Positions 56,599 to 64,000 of a stretch of 64,000 bases of DNA are shown here, in pieces. Source of the stretch: an uncultured Actinomycetota bacterium. Lineage in GTDB: Bacteria; Actinomycetota; Actinomycetes; JAHEKZ01. Made by a program: the position numbers and the translations under genes. Under the pieces are notes generated by a model. The model was not told the DNA's origin. It searched no databases and saw only the letters and a list, made by a program, of their open reading frames with translations. The stretch's first letter is position 1. The number at the start of each line of letters is the position of its first letter. The stretch covers positions 768,001 to 832,000 of the forward strand of contig CAWHIJ010000003.1 of NCBI GenBank assembly GCA_963829525.1, written 5' to 3'.

Positions 56599-57603
56599 TC
56601 AGTCGCTGGTGTCCGAAGGGCTGGCGTCCGGAATGCGGATCCAGCTGGCCGGCGTCCAGCCGCCCCCGCAGTCGTTCTGGTCCACGGTTCCGCGCAGCAA
56701 GGTTGTTCCGGGATTGGAGTACTCAAGGTTGCCAAGGACGAGGAAGTCTCCCTCTTCGCATTGAGGCGACTCCGTCCTGCTGAAGAGCTCCAGCCCTGAC
56801 CCGCGGAACCTCCAGCGGCCGTTGTCGACCACCTCGGCTGAGTCGTCCGCGACGTAGTAGGTCCCGTCCTTGGCGATCTCCAGAAGGTAGCCGCCTCCTG
56901 CTTCGGCCATCCAGTCTCCCAGGAGGACCTTCTTGTCGGCCACCGGCCGCCAGCCACGTATGTCAGAGCTCGTGAAATCTGCGTAGCGCCCCTTGTCTGG
57001 CAGCACGTGCTCAAGCGTCATCGTTGTCGCCGCCGGGTCGCAGGTGCCGAACAGGGGATCGGAAAGGACAACGTTGACAAGTGAGCTTTCTGGGAGAGCC
57101 GCACGCATGCTGAACTCTGAGCTGACGCAGCGGGGCGCGTCCGTCGTCGTCACCGCGATCGTGTTGCCGTCGATCGAGTAGGTGCCGATCGTGACCGGGT
57201 CGGAGATGACAGTGCCTTGGTCGGAGAACTGCACCGTACCGTTGGGTTGGAACCGCACCATGACCTTTCCGTTGTCGACCCGCCAGAACCCGTTGAGGAG
57301 TTCCGGGGTGGGCGCAGCGCCCTTGAGAAAGTCCTCAAAGACGTCGACGGTCGGACCGGACCCAGCCGGCGTGACTTCCTGGTCCGTTCCGCCGAGCGAC
57401 TGATACGCCCCGATGCCCACGCCCGCGACCACCACGGCTGCGGCGGCCACCAGCGCGACGGTACGACGTCGGTCGCGTCGACGGTTGCTGTCGATGCGAC
57501 CTTTCACTGAGTTGCTGGCATCCAGCAGTTCTGTCTCGGTCACGACGATCCCTTTCGTTACGGCCGCGATGTCCTCTCGCAGCCGTTCTTCGATGCTGCT
57601 CAT
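56599..57603 (-). CDS. Putative anti-sigma membrane protein with two lipocalin-like extracellular repeats
   Basis: MSSIEERLR, RRRDRRR followed by a TM helix; repeats LNGFW...F.PNGT...GTYSIDG...C and LGDW...I.KDGT...GRWRFRG...C; ATGA overlap with the sigma gene. Confidence 0.7.
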   Translation of the reverse strand: MSSIEERLREDIAAVTKGIVVTETELLDASNSVKGRIDSNRRRDRRRTVALVAAAAVVVAGVGIGAYQSLGGTDQEVTPAGSGPTVDVFEDFLKGAAPTPELLNGFWRVDNGKVMVRFQPNGTVQFSDQGTVISDPVTIGTYSIDGNTIAVTTTDAPRCVSSEFSMRAALPESSLVNVVLSDPLFGTCDPAATTMTLEHVLPDKGRYADFTSSDIRGWRPVADKKVLLGDWMAEAGGGYLLEIAKDGTYYVADDSAEVVDNGRWRFRGSGLELFSRTESPQCEEGDFLVLGNLEYSNPGTTLLRGTVDQNDCGGGWTPASWIRIPDASPSDTSD

Positions 57604-58172
57604 CGGGCCTCCTCGATTCGTTCGTGCAGGGTCTGCAGTCCGCGATGGGCATGGGTCTTGACTGACCCCTCGCTGATCCCCAGCAGCTGGGCGGTCTCCG
57701 CGATTGACATCTCCAGGACCAACCGACACGCAAGCACCTCGCGTTGTCGCCGGGGCAAGGTCCGCATCACTGCGACCAGCGATCCGACCCCGTCACGGCT
57801 CACGATCGTGTCTTCGGGGCTTTCGTGCTGCTCTCGAACGAGCATGAGCGGCCGAGAGGCCTTTTGTGTGGCCTGGCGGCGCACCCAGGACCGACAGCGG
57901 TTGAGCACAGCCGAACGGAGATACCTCTCAGCGTCCTCGGCGTCTCGCAGTGATCGCCAGTTGCGGTAGAGGGCAGCGAAGGCCTCCTGCACGGCGTCCT
58001 CAGCGGCTTCGCGACTGCCCACCATGACCACGCCGAGGCGAAGCATCGCGAGGTAGTGCCGACGAAACAGGGCGTCCACCACTTCGCGGCTGTTATCCGC
58101 AGACGCATCGCTGTGTGGACCGGCAGACCAGTCGCCTGCCGAGAGAATGTCCCTCGATGCCTGGTTCGTCAT
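57600..58172 (-). CDS. ECF sigma factor, SigE-like
   Basis: AAEDAVQEAF, YLRSAVLNRCRS, LPRRQREV, GISEGSVKTHAHRGL. Confidence 0.92.
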   Translation of the reverse strand: MTNQASRDILSAGDWSAGPHSDASADNSREVVDALFRRHYLAMLRLGVVMVGSREAAEDAVQEAFAALYRNWRSLRDAEDAERYLRSAVLNRCRSWVRRQATQKASRPLMLVREQHESPEDTIVSRDGVGSLVAVMRTLPRRQREVLACRLVLEMSIAETAQLLGISEGSVKTHAHRGLQTLHERIEEAR

Positions 58173-58178
58173 GCCTGA

Positions 58179-58206
58179 GAGTCGCCCGACCACCCGATGA
58201 GGTTGA
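58179..58206 (-). promoter_or_regulatory. Putative autoregulatory ECF promoter
   Basis: Minus strand TCAACC-N16-CGACTC, 6 nt upstream of the sigma ATG (leaderless-type). Confidence 0.5.
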
Positions 58207-58292
58207 CACATCCGCGTCGAAAGTGTGGTTGTGGGCAGGTCGATCGATACTGTTCAGTCGGCCGCAGCCCTCGACAAGAACTCAGGGGGTCG

Positions 58293-58637
58293 CTACTGCG
58301 GGCCGATCTGGGTTTCGCGGCTCAAGGGCGACGCGCCTTCTGCGCCCTTCAGCTCGACGAAGATGACGTGCGTCGGTGTGTCACCGATGTTCTCTCCGTA
58401 GTGCGTCTGGGAGGGCAGCCAGCCCACCGTGCCCGCTTCGATGTCAACCTCGCGCTGTGTATCTCCCGACGCAAGGCGACGTCTGAACGATGAGAGCGTG
58501 TACATGACGCTGTCCGGATGCCCGTGTGGGGTCGTGCGGTCGCCTGGCTGATCGCGGTACTCGAGCACTCGCACCCGGTCGTTTTCGAAGATCACCGAGT
58601 AGTGGTCCGGATTCGTGGTCGCGGGATCAAGGTCCAT
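58293..58637 (-). CDS. Cupin-domain protein
   Basis: FENDRVRVLEY.D.PG..T.PH.HPD...QTHYGENIG.TPTHVIFVELK. Confidence 0.88.
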   Translation of the reverse strand: MDLDPATTNPDHYSVIFENDRVRVLEYRDQPGDRTTPHGHPDSVMYTLSSFRRRLASGDTQREVDIEAGTVGWLPSQTHYGENIGDTPTHVIFVELKGAEGASPLSRETQIGPQ

Positions 58638-58719
58638 TCGCACAGCGTCTCACTCAGAATCCGATTTGGTAGGCGTTCTTCAAACCACGCCCCATCGGCG
58701 CTGACTCGATGGGCTGAGC

Positions 58720-58776
58720 TCAGGCCACAGGGTATGCCACTCCGGTGTTGGCGTGGTGGTCGTCGCCGTTGAAGAC
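58720..58776 (-). pseudogene. Diverged msrA 3'-end copy 2 (VFNGDDHHANTGVAYPVA*)
   Basis: 58730-58771 matches msrA 61080-61121 at 35/42 nt by manual alignment; same strand, own TGA, followed by a CCCATCG/CGATGGG hairpin. Confidence 0.85.
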
Positions 58777-58793
58777 GCACTAACACCGCCCGA

Positions 58794-59150
58794 TCACGAG
58801 ACTTCCGGCATCGACCCGAAGCGGCGAACCTCCTGGGGCCAGCCGCACGCTCCCGCTAACTTACCGGCCCACATCTTGGCGGCATTGTTGTCGGCAACGT
58901 CCACGATCGTGAGTCCGCCTAGAACCTCTTTGGTCTCGGCGAAAGGTCCATCGGTGACGATCAACGAGCCGCTCGTCGCGTCAGCGCTGAAGACCTCGGC
59001 TTCCTCCTCCAGCCCACCGGCGAACACGTAGACGCCAGCAGCCTTCATCTCGTCCACGACCGCCATAGCGAGCGGCGCGCGCCCACGGAACCACTCCTCG
59101 GTGTGTTCGCCGACCCACTGTTGGTTGAAGTAGATGAGGTACTCGGTCAT
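58794..59150 (-). CDS. YciI/DGPF-family protein
   Basis: AGVYVFAGGL, VTDGPFAETKEVLGG, EVRRF. Confidence 0.9.
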   Translation of the reverse strand: MTEYLIYFNQQWVGEHTEEWFRGRAPLAMAVVDEMKAAGVYVFAGGLEEEAEVFSADATSGSLIVTDGPFAETKEVLGGLTIVDVADNNAAKMWAGKLAGACGWPQEVRRFGSMPEVS

Positions 59151-59199
59151 GAAACTCCTCCTGCCATGGCGAGGCAGGGGAGTCCGCCTCCACCTCCTC

Positions 59200-59226
59200 G
59201 ACGAACGGCGAGTGGCGAATCCGCCA
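59200..59226 (-). promoter_or_regulatory. Putative ECF42-type promoter of the DGPF gene
   Basis: Minus strand TGGCGG-N17-CGTC resembles the TGTCGA...CG(A/T)C promoters known for DGPF genes. Confidence 0.45.
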
Positions 59227-59229
59227 CCA

Positions 59230-59304
59230 TTATGCCGGGAAGTCTACGCCGGTATGGGCGTAGCAGACGTAGCCGTTCGGCACCTTCGCCAAGTGCTGCT
59301 GGTG
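59230..59304 (-). pseudogene. Diverged msrA 3'-end copy 1 ([24 protein letters not shown])
   Basis: 59249-59305 matches msrA 61092-61148 at 46/57 nt by manual alignment; same strand, own TAA. Confidence 0.92.
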
Positions 59305-59349
59305 GCAGAACTCACTGGCGTCTACAAGAAGGGAAGCGACAAGCGGGGC

Positions 59350-59430
59350 CGCGATGAAGACGGATTCGATGATCCTGGCGCCGACGTATGCGATGGCGAG
59401 GTCCTCGTTTTGCCGTCTGACGACCGGGTG
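59350..59430 (-). pseudogene. Internal fragment of a DUF4386-like membrane protein
   Basis: HPVVRRQNEDLAIAYVGARIIESVFIA resembles the PVLRR.NE..A..YV..R..E segment of DUF4386 proteins (recalled, not searched). Confidence 0.55.
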
Positions 59431-59432
59431 GC

Positions 59433-59525
59433 TTGACGCTGGTTCAGGCTTCCGACGAAACCGGCATATCCAAGAGCACGCTGTCGCGATTGGAGAACGG
59501 TCAGCGGCGGCCAACCCTTGAATTA
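59433..59525 (+). pseudogene. Fragment of an XRE-family HTH regulator
   Basis: LTLVQASDETGISKSTLSRLENGQRRPTLEL, classic HTH_3 helices; truncated at both ends. Confidence 0.8.
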
Positions 59526-59750
59526 GGCCGCACTGGTTCGGGCGCACTGGTGCCGGCTCGGTCGAACTGATCAGCATCTTCAGCCGTCCGGGCGAGCAGT
59601 TGAATGTCCAGCGAACCGCGGCAGTTGCCCCCCAAGCCGACTGAGGAGGCGTCGCTTGAACGTGAACGTCGTAGGGTGAGCACGTAGCGCCGACGGAGGT
59701 AGGGCGACCACATGCACCGTCGCGCGACTTCTGAGTCTGGAGACGACTAG

Positions 59751-60740
59751 ATGAAAGCCTGGGTGTACCGCGAGTATGGACCGCCGGAGAACCTCAGCTT
59801 CGAGGATATCGAGAGGTCACCACTAGCCAGCAATGAGATAGCGATCCGGGTGCGAGCCAGCTCCCTGAATGCGGCCGACTGGCACATCATGCTCGCAGAT
59901 CCATTCCTCGCACGCATCGCCGTCGGACTGCGCAAGCCACGGAACCCGATGATCATCGGCTCCGATGTTGCAGGGATCGTCGAGTCCGTCGGCAAAGACA
60001 TCGTGAGATTCGCACCAGGCGACTCGGTCTACGCCGAGACGATGATGATTGGCGGATGCGCAGAAGTCATTGCGGTGCCAGAAGACCGGGTCGGCCATAT
60101 GCCGAGCGGCACTTCGTTCGAGCAGGCCGCGGCCGTCCCGATGGCGGGGGTGACAGCACTCGTTGGAGTTCGTGCAGGAGGCCCGATTTCACCAGGACAA
60201 ACAGTTCTCGTCAATGGTGCATCGGGAGGTGTGGGCACGTTCGCCGTTCAAATCGCACATGCCCTCGGGGGCGAGGTAACAGCGGTCTGTCGTACTGACG
60301 CCGTGGAAATGGTTCGATCGCTCGGAGCCAAGGAGGTCATCGACTACACCGTGGAGGAAGCTGTCGACGCCGGTCGGACCTACGACCTTGTTGTCAACAT
60401 CGGAGGTACACATTCCCTGAAGGCACTGCGAAGGACACTCAACCCCCGCGGCGCCCTGGCCGCCGTCGGTGGTTCTCAGCGTGGTGGTTTGCTCGGACCG
60501 GGCTCGGTCGCGGTGCGCGGCGCGATGCTCTCACCGTTTACTTCGCAACGCCTTGTCAAAGTCGAGGGGAAGGTAACCAGCGCTGACTTGGCGACGCTTG
60601 CCTACATGATCGAGTCGGGTGACGTAACGCCGGTGATCGATCGCATTTTCGCCTGGTCGGAGACCCCCGACGCCATGCGCTACCTGGAGACGGGTCATCC
60701 GAAGGGCAAGATTGTGATCATCGTCGGCACAGGCACCTAG
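59751..60740 (+). CDS. NAD(P)-dependent MDR oxidoreductase (zinc-independent, quinone reductase/alcohol dehydrogenase-like)
   Basis: YGPPE, SLNAADWH, GSDVAG, NGASGGVG, VIDY, GHPKGKIVI. Confidence 0.92.
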   Translation: MKAWVYREYGPPENLSFEDIERSPLASNEIAIRVRASSLNAADWHIMLADPFLARIAVGLRKPRNPMIIGSDVAGIVESVGKDIVRFAPGDSVYAETMMIGGCAEVIAVPEDRVGHMPSGTSFEQAAAVPMAGVTALVGVRAGGPISPGQTVLVNGASGGVGTFAVQIAHALGGEVTAVCRTDAVEMVRSLGAKEVIDYTVEEAVDAGRTYDLVVNIGGTHSLKALRRTLNPRGALAAVGGSQRGGLLGPGSVAVRGAMLSPFTSQRLVKVEGKVTSADLATLAYMIESGDVTPVIDRIFAWSETPDAMRYLETGHPKGKIVIIVGTGT

Positions 60741-61066
60741 TCGCCCAGCCGGCGCGCCACATGGTTGTTCGGGTCGGCGCCGAGAGTCGCCGACGGCAAT
60801 GGCGTCGATGGGCTCGTTAAAGCCGAGACAGTTGGGCTTAGCGCTGAGCATGCTGTTGGAGAGTGGGTGGGTCCACGTCTCGCCAACCGCTAGTTCCAAT
60901 AGGCAGACGACAGGCGCAGCGAGCTGTCATTGCTCGGCTCTTCTCGAAACCAGTCGGGAAGGTATTCGCTGACTTTCTGGGGTACCAAAGAATCGCGTAT
61001 CTGGGCCCTGCGCGAAGGCGGTTGGGAGGGCAGCGAGGCTGCCCTGCGGTTGATCGGTTGGGGCGT

Positions 61067-61711
61067 CTAGTCCCCGGTGGGGTAGGGAACCCCGGTGTTG
61101 GCGTGGCAGTCGTAGCCGTTGGGTACTTTTGCAAGGTACTGCTGGTGGTGTTCTTCGGCGTAGTAGAAGGCGGGGGCCGGCAGCATCTCGGTGGTGATCG
61201 CACCGAGACCGACCTTGGCCAGTGCCTGTTGGTAGACGTCGCGAGAGGCCTCGGCGGCTGCCCGCTGGTCCTCATTCGTCCAGTACAGCGTTGAGCGGTA
61301 CTGAGATCCGAGATCATTGCCCTGACGGAAGCCCTGGGTCGGGTCGTGGGTCTCCCAGAACACCTTGAGGAGCTCTGCGTAGGAGACGACTGCGGGGTCG
61401 TAGACGACGCGGACGGCCTCGGTGTGGCCTGTCATCCCGGTGCAGGTCTCGTCGTAGGTGGGGTTCGGGGTAATGCCGCCTTGGTAGCCGACAGCGGTGG
61501 TGTAGACCCCAGGCATCTGCCAGAAGCGTCGCTCGGCGCCCCAGAAGCACCCCATGCCGAAGAAGGCCTCAGCCATGCCGTCGGGGACCTTGCCGGCGAT
61601 CGGGGTGCCCAGCACCGCGTGCCGCTCTGGCACTGAGAAACCCCTCTCGGATCGGCCCGGGAGGGCCTGCTGGGGGGTGGGTAACGTCGCCGCTGTACGT
61701 CCGAAGATCAC
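61067..61711 (-). CDS. msrA: Peptide-methionine (S)-S-oxide reductase
   Basis: [54 protein letters not shown]. Confidence 0.97.
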   Translation of the reverse strand: MIFGRTAATLPTPQQALPGRSERGFSVPERHAVLGTPIAGKVPDGMAEAFFGMGCFWGAERRFWQMPGVYTTAVGYQGGITPNPTYDETCTGMTGHTEAVRVVYDPAVVSYAELLKVFWETHDPTQGFRQGNDLGSQYRSTLYWTNEDQRAAAEASRDVYQQALAKVGLGAITTEMLPAPAFYYAEEHHQQYLAKVPNGYDCHANTGVPYPTGD

Positions 61712-61739
61712 CTGGTGCTCCTGTCGTTGACCTGTTTGG

Positions 61740-61766
61740 CTCAACCAACACCCCCCGCCTGCCGAT
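61740..61766 (+). promoter_or_regulatory. Putative sigma28/FliA/WhiG-type promoter upstream of chemoreceptor 2
   Basis: CTCA-N17-GCCGAT. Confidence 0.65.
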
Positions 61767-61807
61767 TCCCTCCGAGACAAATCTCTTGGGCGTCACGGAG
61801 GGTAACG

Positions 61808-63961
61808 ATGCGGAGCATGCGCGTGCCTGCGCTGGTGCTCGGCGTCCTCATGCTCTCGTCCGCGGCTGGTCTGGCCTACCAAGCGACGCGGACGGCTAGC
61901 GACTCTGCCAGCGCCCAGAACACCGAGCTGCAGACAGCTGCTGCCAACACCGAGGTGCTCCTCACCGCTCAGTTCGAGCAGGCCGGCGCCATCGGCCTGC
62001 TGACGGCCCAAGATGAGGTGTTCGTCGACTTCTTCAAGGCACCGGGCAGCACGGCAACCAAGGTCGCGACGGACGATCAGTCCCGACAAGGCATCGTCGA
62101 CCTTCTGGCGTACCAGCAGACGCTGTTTCCCGGATCGATCGCGCGCTCCGGCTACGTTGACACGAAGAGCGGCCAAGAGATCGCCGAGGTCGTCAACGGT
62201 TTCCCGTCGCCGCCGATCACCCTGGAGAGTGGCGCCGACAAGAACCTGCCCTTCTTTGCTGACGTTATGTCGTTGCCGACCGGCTGGCTCTACCAGTCGA
62301 GCCCCTACTTCTCGAAGGAAACCAACGAGTGGGTGGTAGCCAACGGCACGACGGTGATGTTCGACCGTGACAAGCGCGGCTTGATGTATTTCGAGATCCG
62401 GCTGGATGCCCTGCGAGGAGAAGTTCTTGCCAGGGACGGAAACGCCACGATGCGTGCGGTCACCGAGCGCACCGGACTTGTCGTGATCGACAGCCGTTCG
62501 ACGCAGGTGTCAGCTACCGACTTCGGTCAGACCGAGGACCAGACCTTCACAGGTGAGATCCGCAGTTTTGGTGCCTCGGGTCTGACGACGATCGGTGACG
62601 AGCGCGTTGCCTACGTGCGCATGGAGCCGTCGGAGACCCTGCAAATCGTCAACGACAACGACTGGTTCATCACGGCGTCGGAGCCTGTGGTCGTGACCGG
62701 GCTGGCCGCAGCTGTATCGCCACTGCTCATCGCCTTGGTCGCCCTTGGGGTCCCCTTGGTCATCTACGCCTTCGTGTCCTACGTGAGGCTCTCAAAGAGA
62801 AAGCGACGGGACGCCCTCGAGACGAGCGCAGAGCGCGACCACCTGAATGCTCGACTCACCGATTTGTCTGAAGCCCTTGACCAAGCGGCCGCGGGCAACC
62901 TCGCGGTCAGCCTGCCGATCGACTTCGACGACGAGCGGCTCGCCGTACTGGCGCATTCGTTCGAGAACACGCTGGGACGCCTGCGGGAGTTGGTCGCTCA
63001 GGCCCAGGGACACGGCGTTCAGCTCGCCCAGGCTGCTAGCCAGATGCGCGCGACCGCACAAGAGCAGGCCGGGTCCGCGGGTGAGCAGTCTGCGGTCGTG
63101 ACGGAGACGACGGCGACGATTGAGGAGTTGGCGGCGACGGCGGCTCAGATTGCTGAGACGGCTGGGTCGGTGGCTCGGGTTGCGGCTGAGACGTTGGCGT
63201 TGACTGATGAGGGTCGGGGTGCGGTGGCTGAGTCGGTTGAGGCGATGGATCAGATTCGGTCGGTGGTGGATCAGATTGGGGTGTCGTCTGCGGGGTTGGG
63301 GGACAAGATCACGCAGGTGGGTCAGATTTTGTCGTTGATTGATGAGTTGTCTGAGCAGACGAATTTGTTGGCGTTGAATGCGGCGATTGAGGCGGCTCGT
63401 GCGGGTGAGCATGGGCGTGGGTTTGCGGTGGTGGCTGCTGAGGTGCGGAAGTTGGCGGAGCGGGCTCAGGAGTCGACGAGCCAGATTCAGGGGATTGTGA
63501 CTGAGATTCAGGCGCATACGCGGTCGACGGTGTTGGCGTCTGAGGAGGGTGCTCGGGCTGCTGAGCGTGGGTCGGGTAAGGCTGCTGGTGCGGTGGTGGC
63601 GTTGGATCGGATTGCGGCGATGGTTGATGAGGCGACCGGTGCTGCTGAGGAGATCAGTATTGCGACGCAGCAGCAGCGGTCGGCGTCTGATCAGGTGGTG
63701 GTCGCGATGACCCAGGTCTCCGAAGTCTCCCGGCAGTACGCGACGGGCTCCAAGCAGACAGCCGCAGCGTCGTCGCAGATCGCGACCCTTGCGGCGGCCA
63801 TGCAGGACTCGATCTCCACATTCCAGGTGGAGGGTTCGGGCGACGTTGTCGGAAACGGGCCCTTCATCGACCAGTACGCCGATGTCGATGCGGGCTCGGA
63901 CCCGGACTACCAAGGTGAAGAAGTGCCCGCTGCCCAGGACGAGGGTGTCTATCGGCTCTAG
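61808..63961 (+). CDS. Methyl-accepting chemotaxis protein, paralogue of 21183..23264
   Basis: Same architecture and identical tip peptide; sensor-domain similarity (YQS.PY.S..TN.WV.A..T; N.N.W..TAS.P.V.TGL). Confidence 0.95.
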   Translation: MRSMRVPALVLGVLMLSSAAGLAYQATRTASDSASAQNTELQTAAANTEVLLTAQFEQAGAIGLLTAQDEVFVDFFKAPGSTATKVATDDQSRQGIVDLLAYQQTLFPGSIARSGYVDTKSGQEIAEVVNGFPSPPITLESGADKNLPFFADVMSLPTGWLYQSSPYFSKETNEWVVANGTTVMFDRDKRGLMYFEIRLDALRGEVLARDGNATMRAVTERTGLVVIDSRSTQVSATDFGQTEDQTFTGEIRSFGASGLTTIGDERVAYVRMEPSETLQIVNDNDWFITASEPVVVTGLAAAVSPLLIALVALGVPLVIYAFVSYVRLSKRKRRDALETSAERDHLNARLTDLSEALDQAAAGNLAVSLPIDFDDERLAVLAHSFENTLGRLRELVAQAQGHGVQLAQAASQMRATAQEQAGSAGEQSAVVTETTATIEELAATAAQIAETAGSVARVAAETLALTDEGRGAVAESVEAMDQIRSVVDQIGVSSAGLGDKITQVGQILSLIDELSEQTNLLALNAAIEAARAGEHGRGFAVVAAEVRKLAERAQESTSQIQGIVTEIQAHTRSTVLASEEGARAAERGSGKAAGAVVALDRIAAMVDEATGAAEEISIATQQQRSASDQVVVAMTQVSEVSRQYATGSKQTAAASSQIATLAAAMQDSISTFQVEGSGDVVGNGPFIDQYADVDAGSDPDYQGEEVPAAQDEGVYRL
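63077..63700 (+). other. G/T-skewed codon block inside chemoreceptor 2
   Basis: Of 208 codons, about six end in C and none in A by manual count; flanking codons have normal C-rich third positions. Confidence 0.9.
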
Positions 63962-64000
63962 GCGGGGGTTAGGGTCACCTGTGTGACTCAATTCGAGACG

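Noticed and set aside
58287-58325. Plus-strand GSLLRADLGFAA resembling the cbs C-terminus (GVLTRQDLLGFLAA)
   Set aside because: Needs two gaps, lacks a stop and overlaps the cupin 3' end on the other strand; likely chance.
62792-63991. 399-aa antisense ORF over chemoreceptor 2
   Set aside because: Low-complexity R/L/H/P/S product explained by the codon skew of the sense gene.

Overview
High-GC Actinomycetia chromosomal segment (not Streptomyces-like: TTA codons occur in housekeeping genes), mostly conserved core genes: tsaE-tsaB-rimI-tsaD, CIRCE-controlled groES-groEL1, a whiB3(whiD)/MerR-B12/TPR/bldM/shbA-like sigma/anti-sigma cluster, guaB-guaB3-ABC-guaA, a PspC two-component locus, pcrA, sucCD-purNH, folD-mdh-icd, udgB-ndh-tRNA-Leu(UAA), cbs and msrA. 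Single-base frameshifts in essential genes (tsaD, guaA) point to an unpolished long-read consensus. No CRISPR array, rRNA, integrase or transposase was recognised. Most notable observations: (1) downstream of msrA, two diverged copies of the msrA 3' end, each with its own stop codon, separate small cargo blocks, like an integrase-free cassette array built by serial 3'-end replacement; (2) a sharply bounded 624-nt stretch of the second chemoreceptor where almost every codon ends in G or T, suggesting a shared, gene-converted signalling module; (3) a CTCA-N17-GCCGA sigma28/FliA/WhiG-type promoter upstream of both orphan chemoreceptors and bldM, with a variant upstream of an unannotated 55-aa Trp-rich ORF; (4) a CarH-like B12 regulator divergent from whiB3; (5) a TMADH-like flavoenzyme lacking two canonical cysteines. 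All family assignments come from motif recognition by eye; no database search was run.
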